IMG/VR virus record: IMGVR_UViG_3300005239_001275
Strand: one strand, 5' to 3'
Length of the DNA: 6,639 nt
Source: an uncultured virus (IMG/VR IMGVR_UViG_3300005239_001275)
Taxonomy: Duplodnaviria; Heunggongvirae; Uroviricota; Caudoviricetes; Crassvirales
In this document: one piece after another, positions 1 to 6,639 of the stretch
How the letters are laid out: each line of letters opens with the position of its first letter
Numbering within the stretch: the first letter of the stretch is position 1
The notes under the pieces: generated by a model
What the model was told of the DNA's origin: nothing
The model's database searches: none
The model's input: the letters and a program-made list of their open reading frames with translations, nothing else
Translations under genes and position numbers: made by a program

Positions 1-1
1 T

Positions 2-832
2 ATTAGTTAAAGAAGCATCTCCCGTTTGCGCCGTGCTAGGTGTGACAGGTAAATCACTAGCTGTTAATGTATTATCAGATAAATACCAAACACCTGTAAT
101 CCCATATTGAGCATTATATTTAGTTATAAAAGCATTTGTTATTGGAATACCTAAATTAGCTTGAATTGGACCAGTTGTACACACTGATTTTATACCTGAG
201 TTAGCAGGTTGAGGGCCAATTATAATAATTTGATTAGTTGTTGCTGATAAAGCACCATCAGCTGTATCACCGTTTGCATCTTCTATTTTTAATACTAAAG
301 TATGCTGACCACTAGGGGTGTTGTTAGCTATTTGACTTAAATTTCCATTAGTAGCATCAATAACAAATGAAGGTTGACCATTTGCACCAGTAGGATTGCC
401 TGAAACAATAGACCATTTTAATTGCTCTGTATTTCTTGTAGAACTTGCGGAACCATTTTTTGACAATGTATCTTGACCGGTAAAAGGATTACCAGTTTGA
501 TCAACCGTAGCTTGTATAGTTGGTAAAGGTGATTCATCAAATGAAGGTGCAGCATTAGATAAATTAACACTTAAAGTTAAAGTTAAAGACGGATCAAAAA
601 CCTTAGGATTAGTTGCGGAAGTTATTTGTATTGAAAAAGTAAAATTATCTTGCGTAATACTATCGTCTAAATAAACAAACTCTTGTAATATTTTTATTCT
701 ATAAGATTTAAGAACTGGATCTTGAACTAATTCAAATTGACTACTAACATCTCCACTTCTAACAGACACAACGCTCATTGTTGCCGTAGTTGGATTAGCA
801 GCATCGAAAGCGGCTCCTGTGTTAGATTGTGG
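2..832 (-). CDS. C-terminal continuation of the muzzle-like protein with cadherin-like beta-sandwich domains; runs off the window edge (not in the ORF track)
   Basis: Manual translation gives a stop-free frame from 841 to 2: PQSNTGAAFDAANPTTATMSVVSVRSGDVSSQFELVQ...NLSNAAPSFDESP...EQLKWSIVSGNPTGANGQPSFVIDATNGNLSQ...HTLVLKIEDANGD...LSATTNQIIIIG...DASLTN. Adding one base to the A5 run at 833-837 joins it to the 913-aa ORF. An alternative reading is a separate gene starting at ATG 778, which overlaps the TGA stop as ATGA. Confidence 0.8.
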
Positions 833-3516
833 AAAAACGGATCAGTTATATAATGTCCGCTAGCATCACTTTCTAGTAATTCAATATTAGTAGCTGTAAA
901 ACTTGTTGGGCCATCAAAACCTGTAATTATATCTATGTTTAAATCAGACAACAAACCTACTGTACCAGTTTCCCAAAATATATCCAATAAAGAATCAACA
1001 GGTTCTGTTTCATATATAGCTAAAAAAGGTCTCATTGTAGCGGTTAGGTCTCCTATAATATTGTTTTCATTAGTTGCTAATCTTGCTATTAAAGGATTAG
1101 TGTCTATTTGATATAAATTAGGTTGACCAATTGCTGACAACAAATCAAAAGCCATGTTTGAATCATTTGCTGTAGATATACTTATTGCAGTATCTGTGCT
1201 TATGCCAGGATAATACTGAATGTTAGTTGTAGCAGAATTATTAAAAACTCTACCAAATAATTGTACCGAGCTTCTGAACTGTTTTTGATCAGGTCCAACC
1301 TCTGATAAATCTCTAGGTATTTTGTTTATATTATCATTTATTAAAACAATATTTGCTGTTTTACCATCTTCGTTAGTTGGAAAAGGAATAGCATCTGTTA
1401 CGCCAGCATTGTTTGGATAACCACTTAATATACCCGGTAAATAAGTATTGTAATAATCCTGCTCTGTTTGCTTAACTACAACCTTATAAGAATACCAACC
1501 TGTGGGGTTTAAAGTATAACTATATTTTGTATCAGGTGATTCTGTGCTAACAGAATATAAATTGTTATTTATAGGTTTTTTTGTGTAAATTTTATAATCA
1601 GGAGTTGCTGTTGCATCTATTTCTACTATTTCTACATAATCAATAAATTCACCTCTTAAATATTCACCAACTGTTGGCACATTACTAACACTACCAGTTA
1701 CAGTAAATTCATATTCATAACCAGCTTCGTTTAATACTGGTATAGTTACTGGTGTGTTTATATTAGTTAAAACAGACATATCAAAACCACTTCCCTTTTC
1801 TTGAGCATATAAACCTGGCTCGCCATTACTAAAGTTAGGTAAACTATTTGTTCCTGACGTTATTTGATTTGTTACATTTAATTGTAAAGTGTTTCCAAAC
1901 CAAGATAAAATATCTTCCGCAGATTCATTATAAGGATTAAATATAGTAGAACCTAAAAATGTATTTATAATAGTTTGTTGCACTGGTGAAAGAATAACCG
2001 GTGTTTGTCTACCAAATTTATCACACAGTATAAAACCAACTTGATAATTTCTATTTTGTTTTAAAGAGTGGTTAGGATATTCTACCCAACTATCACTTAT
2101 AACAGAATCACCTTTATCAACTATTTTAACATCATAATTAATATTATCAGGCGCTGTGTAAGTGTCTCTAAAATTACCGTATATAATTCTGTTACCTGCT
2201 GTCTCTTGAGATAAAGCTCTTACTGGAACCTTATCATATACTCTTGTTGTTTGATCAGCGGGTAGTGTTTTATAGGGTTTTCTAGACTGATATTCATACG
2301 TGTATAAATTATTTACGCTTTCAGCATTTATAGTGCTAATAGGTATAGTTTCTAAAACTTTTACAACAGTTTGATCCGATTCTTTATATAAAATATCTAA
2401 CGATGCTATTTTAAAACTTGTTGATAATGTACTTTTATTATCTGGTAGTGTTATTAATAACTCTATATTGTTAACATTGTTTTCCATCCAAGCAACTATA
2501 GTGCTTCTAAAAGCTTCATCTTCATCACCGTTTTTAAAATAACCTTTTTGTTTAGGTATATAAGCTATTTGAGTAAATGGTGCAAATATAGAATACTCAC
2601 CATCGTCAAATCTATATCTGTAACTAAATCTTACATATCTACTTTCTAAGTAATCAGGATCACCAGGCCAAGTAGTGCTAGATGATTCGTTTGTCATTGT
2701 TGATATTAAAAAAGTAAACCTATCTCCGGCTACAGGAAGTGTAACAGCTGATGATAAAGTAACAGTAGTATTTCCTGTAGCTGTAACTACATTAGAAACT
2801 GTTACAAAGTCAGAAGGTAAAATTTTACCAGTTGAACTTCCGGTAGAGTTAGTACTAACAACAGACATACCTATTAGTATTTTTGGGTTTTCAGCAACCA
2901 CAATTGTTGTTGTTGTTGGAGCTGGACTTGCTTTTACTGTTGCGTTAGTTTTTTTAAGTAAAGATATAGGTAGGTAAGGATTATATTTAGCTACTGAAAC
3001 TTGAACTTCATCTGTGTAGTAATTTTCTTGAGGTGGTGATATATTTACTTTTCTAGGTTGATTTCTATTATCTGTAAAAAATAATAAGTTTTCAATTAAA
3101 CTAGCTTGTATAGGATTTGTAGTAGAAAAATTTAAAAAAACACCATCAGCTATAACCTTAGCTGTGTTAGAGTTTACAGGTGTCCAAGAATATATTATAC
3201 ATCGGTTTCCTGAGGGAGCAAATGTAGGATTAACAGTTGGGTCAACGTCAGTGTAATTGGTTGCAAAAATAAATATAGTTTGACTATATTCATCTGTTAA
3301 ATAACCTATAGTTTGTATATCACTAGGTAAAGCTGGTGTTATAGTAAAAGTTTTTTCAGTGTTACCTAAAACAGTTTCTAAGGCACCTATATCGTCATCT
3401 TCTGACTTTCCTACAGATATGTTCTGCGCATCTCTATATTCACCATTAGGTATTAATCTATCATCCAAGTCTTTATTCATCTTGGATCTTAGAAAACTGT
3501 TTTTAATTTCTGCCAT
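775..3516 (-). CDS. Tail stabilization / muzzle-like virion protein (crAss-like Tstab, P22 gp10-like), N-terminal part; the true protein very likely continues in another frame to the left edge (>=1172 aa)
   Basis: 913-aa ORF. The N-terminus 'KNSFLRSKMNKDLDDRLIPNGEYRDAQNI' and internal motifs 'LLFFTDNRNQPRKVN', 'RFSYRYRFDDGEYS', 'NRIIYGNF' and 'SLKQNRNYQVGFILCDKFGRQTPV' resemble crAss-like stabilization proteins from memory. The last ~18 codons (HNLTQEPLSMLLIQLRQQ) have atypical G/C-ending codons and look out of frame. Confidence 0.75.
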   Translation of the reverse strand: MAEIKNSFLRSKMNKDLDDRLIPNGEYRDAQNISVGKSEDDDIGALETVLGNTEKTFTITPALPSDIQTIGYLTDEYSQTIFIFATNYTDVDPTVNPTFAPSGNRCIIYSWTPVNSNTAKVIADGVFLNFSTTNPIQASLIENLLFFTDNRNQPRKVNISPPQENYYTDEVQVSVAKYNPYLPISLLKKTNATVKASPAPTTTTIVVAENPKILIGMSVVSTNSTGSSTGKILPSDFVTVSNVVTATGNTTVTLSSAVTLPVAGDRFTFLISTMTNESSSTTWPGDPDYLESRYVRFSYRYRFDDGEYSIFAPFTQIAYIPKQKGYFKNGDEDEAFRSTIVAWMENNVNNIELLITLPDNKSTLSTSFKIASLDILYKESDQTVVKVLETIPISTINAESVNNLYTYEYQSRKPYKTLPADQTTRVYDKVPVRALSQETAGNRIIYGNFRDTYTAPDNINYDVKIVDKGDSVISDSWVEYPNHSLKQNRNYQVGFILCDKFGRQTPVILSPVQQTIINTFLGSTIFNPYNESAEDILSWFGNTLQLNVTNQITSGTNSLPNFSNGEPGLYAQEKGSGFDMSVLTNINTPVTIPVLNEAGYEYEFTVTGSVSNVPTVGEYLRGEFIDYVEIVEIDATATPDYKIYTKKPINNNLYSVSTESPDTKYSYTLNPTGWYSYKVVVKQTEQDYYNTYLPGILSGYPNNAGVTDAIPFPTNEDGKTANIVLINDNINKIPRDLSEVGPDQKQFRSSVQLFGRVFNNSATTNIQYYPGISTDTAISISTANDSNMAFDLLSAIGQPNLYQIDTNPLIARLATNENNIIGDLTATMRPFLAIYETEPVDSLLDIFWETGTVGLLSDLNIDIITGFDGPTSFTATNIELLESDASGHYITDPFFHNLTQEPLSMLLIQLRQQ

Positions 3517-3518
3517 GT

Positions 3519-4931
3519 TTAGTGTTTAATCCATTTAGACTTACCTCTCATAACTTGAACTATTTGATCAAGTTTAAGATTAGATAATCTTATTTTAGCA
3601 TTTCTTAGTTTAGCACTTTTCTCTTGTTTAAATCTTCTTACAACATACTCTTGTATACCAGTTGATACAGATAATATAGAATATATTATGTAAGCATATA
3701 AGGCTTCTTCAGCTAATTTAGGTATTCTAGAATCAAGATCATAAGCATTACCATCAGATACATATTGTAATATTATTAATTTATTAGCTAAATTACTAGT
3801 AAAACTAAAGGTACCTTTTCTTTCGTCTATTTTAAACCAACCATTTTTTTGACTAGTTTGTGGCTCTAATCCGTATCTTTGACCTAATGCGCCATCTGTA
3901 TAATTACGATCTAAAACATTAGCATTGTTTAAATCATTATTAAAACCTCCACTTATATATCTAGGATTTGTTTTATTCCATGTTGCATCTGTTTGAGATG
4001 TAACCTCTGTGTTGTTGTCAAAATTATCTTGAATAGGTTTACCTTCATCATCTTGTGTAAAAGTATAATAAGGACTTTGGTTAAGATTATTTGTAGGATA
4101 TATAGGATGTAATACACCTAATTCATCTACCCAAGACGTTTTAACATAATTAACATAGTCTTGAGGTATAGCTAAACTTAAACTTGGTGGCACCGTTAAT
4201 TCAGTTGATTTTACACTTTTTAAAGTATCATAGCTAAACTCTTGTAAACCACGTCTAGCATGAAATATAACATCAGTTCTTTTTACACTTGGTATAAGTT
4301 TACCAGCACCAACATAAGCTATTAAAAAGTTATCTATAACATCAGTTAATCTAGTATAAGCATATTCACCATGATTATTCTCTATAGCAGATTCTATTAA
4401 TTGTATTTTAATATAAGAATTAGCAGCTAAATAAGAATTTACTGTTATTATATTTCCAGCCTCACTATAAGGTTCTGCAAATTTAAATGTTAAAGCTGTA
4501 GCTTGCGGAGGTATTTCAACTAATATTGTACATGTAAAAGTTGTTGTTGTTAACACGGTTTTAACTGTACCATACGTAGTGGTTCCAGCCGTGTTTTGTA
4601 TTAACATACCTGCTGCAATATTAACATTAGCAGCATCAATTGTAAGTAAGCTTTCACCTACAATAACAACAGTTCCATTACTTGTAGCTGTAGTTTTAGT
4701 GTTGTTAGGTGTCATTTCTGTCCAGGTTAACGCGTCTGGACTAGAATATAAATGAAAATTATTTAAACCATATTGACCATTTGCATTATCAGAACTACCA
4801 AATATTAAATCAGTGTTAAAAGTACTAGTAAATGTTTTACCCGCACCTGCTGCATCTATATAAAACTGCTGAGCTCCAGCGTAGTATTGTCTATTAGTTT
4901 CGGTTATTAAACCACCATTAGGTATAGGCAT
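3519..4931 (-). CDS. Phage structural protein, probable ring / tail-tubular (head-tail connector) type, with N-terminal beta-domain inserts
   Basis: Intact 470-aa ORF. The C-terminal core 'RTDVIFHARRGLQEFSYD...IPQDYVNYVK...ILQYVSDG...IPKLAEEALYAYI...AKLRNAKIRLS' follows the helix / LPxDY-strand / helix layout of crAss-like ring proteins. It sits directly upstream of the muzzle-like gene. Confidence 0.7.
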   Translation of the reverse strand: MPIPNGGLITETNRQYYAGAQQFYIDAAGAGKTFTSTFNTDLIFGSSDNANGQYGLNNFHLYSSPDALTWTEMTPNNTKTTATSNGTVVIVGESLLTIDAANVNIAAGMLIQNTAGTTTYGTVKTVLTTTTFTCTILVEIPPQATALTFKFAEPYSEAGNIITVNSYLAANSYIKIQLIESAIENNHGEYAYTRLTDVIDNFLIAYVGAGKLIPSVKRTDVIFHARRGLQEFSYDTLKSVKSTELTVPPSLSLAIPQDYVNYVKTSWVDELGVLHPIYPTNNLNQSPYYTFTQDDEGKPIQDNFDNNTEVTSQTDATWNKTNPRYISGGFNNDLNNANVLDRNYTDGALGQRYGLEPQTSQKNGWFKIDERKGTFSFTSNLANKLIILQYVSDGNAYDLDSRIPKLAEEALYAYIIYSILSVSTGIQEYVVRRFKQEKSAKLRNAKIRLSNLKLDQIVQVMRGKSKWIKH

Positions 4932-4934
4932 AGT

Positions 4935-5853
4935 TTAGCTTTTTTGATTTTGTTGTTCTTGTGCTACTTGTTGAGCTGCAACTTGTATTATTGTAGGATC
5001 TTTTACCACTACTCCAGCATATAATAAAACTTTTAAAACTATTTCAGTTTGTTCAGCATCATGAAGTTCAAAATTTATAGATGTATCTGGATTATAAACA
5101 TAAGCATTTCCAGAAAGAGTAAAATTCCAAACTGGATCCATAGGTTTTCTTATGTAAGTAGCTTGAACACCTGATTGAATTGTTGAAGGATATACAAAAA
5201 GCTTTTGTCTTTCGTATATGTATATAGGATATGTAGTTGTAGGCGCTGTTAATTTAGAACTTAATAAATGATATAATTCACCTCTATCGACTCTTTCAAG
5301 CTCTTGAGTTGGTAAAGCTCCTTCACTATAAATAACAGTTCCTAATCTATAAAAATCATCTTGTGTTGTAACTATAAAAATGTCTATACCAGCAGCTGGT
5401 GCAGCATTAAGTGTTAATGTTGTCCCGTTTATACTATAAGCCGTGCTAGCAACACCATCTAAATAAACAGTAGTAGTTCCACTAGCTAATTGATTAGCTG
5501 TAATAGTTGTTATAGGATATGCTTGTATATTAAGTTCAGTTACGGTTGTAAAGCTAGCTTGTGAAGATCCTGACTCTGCAGGTAAGCTAAAAGCACCATT
5601 AGCATATGTAGTATTGCCAATAGTTTTAAATATAGAGATTTTTTCATCAAGATTTACTGACTCTATCTGCGTAATCTGTATTTGTTTGTGGAATACGTAT
5701 TTGCTGATTAAGGTCCTCAAAATATCTTTCAAATATTTCTAATTGAACCTGAGTACCTATTTTATTAAACTCAACAGGTGTCATGTAACCTCTCTGTTCT
5801 TTATTTAGTATTAATAAAACGGTTTGATATACAGTATTTACGTTTATTGCCAT
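4935..5853 (-). CDS. Ring / tail-tubular-like structural protein (about 305 aa), split by one extra base near 5658 into the two track ORFs 5647..5853 and 4935..5732
   Basis: Removing one base near 5658 (GAT AGA GTC [A] GTA AAT CTT GAT GAA) gives a continuous MAINVNTVYQTVLLILNKEQRGYMTPVEFNK...YADRV-VNLDEKISIFK...DFYRLGTV...YIRKPMDPVW...NFELHDAEQTEIVLKVLLYAGVVVKD...QKS. The motifs 'NKEQRGY.TP.EFN', 'YIRKP' and 'FELH' resemble crAss-like ring proteins. Confidence 0.75.
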
Positions 5854-5869
5854 TTTAATATTTTAGTTA

Positions 5870-5905
5870 ATAGTGATAAGGGCCACCGAAGTGACCCTTC
5901 ACTAT
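5870..5905 (-). terminator. Stable intergenic stem-loop with a cUUCGg tetraloop; possible weak terminator or mRNA processing/stabilising hairpin
   Basis: The minus-strand RNA reads AUAGUGA-AGGGUCAC-UUCG-GUGGCCCU-UA-UCACUAU: 15 bp including one U-G wobble, plus a 2-nt bulge. The wobble and the UUCG loop only work on the minus strand. No canonical poly-U tract follows. Confidence 0.55.
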
Positions 5906-5920
5906 AATTATAGTCACATA

Positions 5921-6639
5921 TTATTGTAACTTTTTCTGAATTGTTTTGTAAACTTCTACGCCTTCATCAGTTTTAAACCAAGCAGCTAATGCTGAGTAAG
6001 GGTTTTCATCAAAAGGTACAGTCATTAGTTTTCTATCGTTAGATCCCCAATGAAAAGTTCTTTGGTCTTGAGCTATTTTAATAATGTTTTGTTCTACAGC
6101 TCTAATACCTGTATTTCTTAAACCTACGTTTTCATCAGAAGCTATAGCTAAAAAAGCATCTTGGATTTTTTCTAGCCATAAGTAGTAAATCTCTTCTTAA
6201 TTCTTTAGAGCTTAATGAAGAAACTTTAGAACCTAATTCAACTCTTAGCACCGCTTCAGCGTGATCTATATCCATTTCTTTAGCTGCAATCATTGCATCT
6301 AACTCAACATTAATATCGTCAAGTTCATCTTCAGCAACTACTTCAGCTTCCCATTCAGAATATATAATACCTTTTTTAGGGTGGTATAATGATAGTAGTT
6401 TTTGTAAATTTTGTTTTTGTTTTGGTACAGCTAAAACACCATCTTCAAATATTATGTGTCCTAGTGTTACCTCTCCTTTTTGATCTTGTACAAAAGGTGA
6501 GTTTTGATTCGTGGCATATCTTAATTCTTTTTGCTCCCCTGTTTTTCATCAAACCATAATAATGAATGTCTGTTTGAGTTTTAGAATTTAAAGTATATGT
6601 TACGGTTCTTTATCGTGTAAAAAAAATATCTTCTATCTT
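5921..6639 (-). CDS. Conserved hypothetical phage protein of the structural module, 5'-truncated by the window and multiply frameshifted (not in the ORF track)
   Basis: Manual translation: 6542-6162 TGEQKELRYATNQNSPFVQDQKGEVTLGHIIFEDGVLAVPKQKQNLQKLLSLYHP...AEDELDDINVELDAMIAAKEMDIDHAEAVLRVELGSKVSSLSSKELRRDLLLMARKNP; then 6160-5921 DAFLAIASDENVGLRNTGIRAVEQNIIK...VPFDENPYSALAAWFKTDEGVEVYKTIQKKLQ*. Codon usage matches the neighbouring genes. It resembles, from memory, the conserved gene next to the major capsid gene in crAss-like phages. Confidence 0.75.

Larger units (their letters stand above)
1..6639 (-). mobile_element. Bacteriophage virion structural module (crAss-like / Bacteroidota podovirus-type); free phage versus prophage cannot be determined
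   Basis: Four co-oriented, tightly packed genes (2 nt and 3 nt gaps between three of them). The proteins are Thr/Ser/Asn-rich and beta-rich, with N-termini resembling crAss-like tail proteins (recalled, not searched). No housekeeping genes, att site or integrase are visible. Confidence 0.8.

Noticed and set aside
571..588. (TTAAAG)x3 tandem repeat
   Set aside because: It simply encodes the LTLTL beta-strand, is in frame, and is too short to suggest phase variation.
2903..2918. (TTG)n run, with a similar run near 4540-4551
   Set aside because: These are poly-Thr ACA codons in Thr-rich domains, not independent repeat elements.
2675..2977. 100-aa plus-strand ORF from the track
   Set aside because: It is the antisense shadow of the Thr/Val-rich insert within the 913-aa gene. 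All other genes are on the minus strand and the product has no recognisable features.
5658..5732. Start and first 25 aa (MKDILRTLISKYVFHKQIQITQIES) of the 265-aa track ORF
   Set aside because: This is an out-of-frame overlap with the real N-terminal part starting at 5853, created by the frame break near 5658.
775..6137. Stop-codon reassignment (TGA read-through), since the three premature stops at 777-775, 5649-5647 and 6137-6135 are all TGA and some crAss-like phages recode stops
   Set aside because: Reading through each TGA meets TAG or TAA within about 16 codons, and the sensible protein continues in a different frame. These are frame breaks, not recoding. The intact long ORFs contain no internal TAG or TGA.
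1..6639. CRISPR array, tRNA/rRNA, DGR template/variable repeats, intron or intein
   Set aside because: By eye I found no spaced direct repeats, cloverleaf, long near-identical repeat pair, reverse transcriptase, or intein/homing-endonuclease motifs. Nearly all bases are accounted for by coding frames.

Overview
AT-rich, densely coding window read entirely on the minus strand. It looks like part of the virion (head-tail/tail) gene module of a crAss-like or related Bacteroidota-infecting short-tailed phage. In transcription order (right to left): a conserved hypothetical gene missed by the ORF track (>6639-5921), a cUUCGg hairpin, two ring/tail-tubular-like proteins (5853-4935, 4931-3519) and a large tail-stabilization ('muzzle')-like protein (3516 to <1). 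Family calls come from recalled motif resemblance, not a database search. Three of the four genes are broken by single-base frame breaks (about 7 in total, densest at the right edge), most simply explained as uncorrected long-read or low-coverage indels. Once frames are repaired, the main point of interest is modular decoration of the structural proteins. Tandem cadherin-like domains lie hidden beyond the frame break of the muzzle-like gene, one Thr-rich 'I-x-x-G-M' beta module is shared by two neighbouring genes, and small beta-sandwich inserts occur in both ring-like proteins, one with a second domain nested inside. I see no RNA genes, CRISPR array, integrase or transposase, and no clear evidence of a wholly new biological system.
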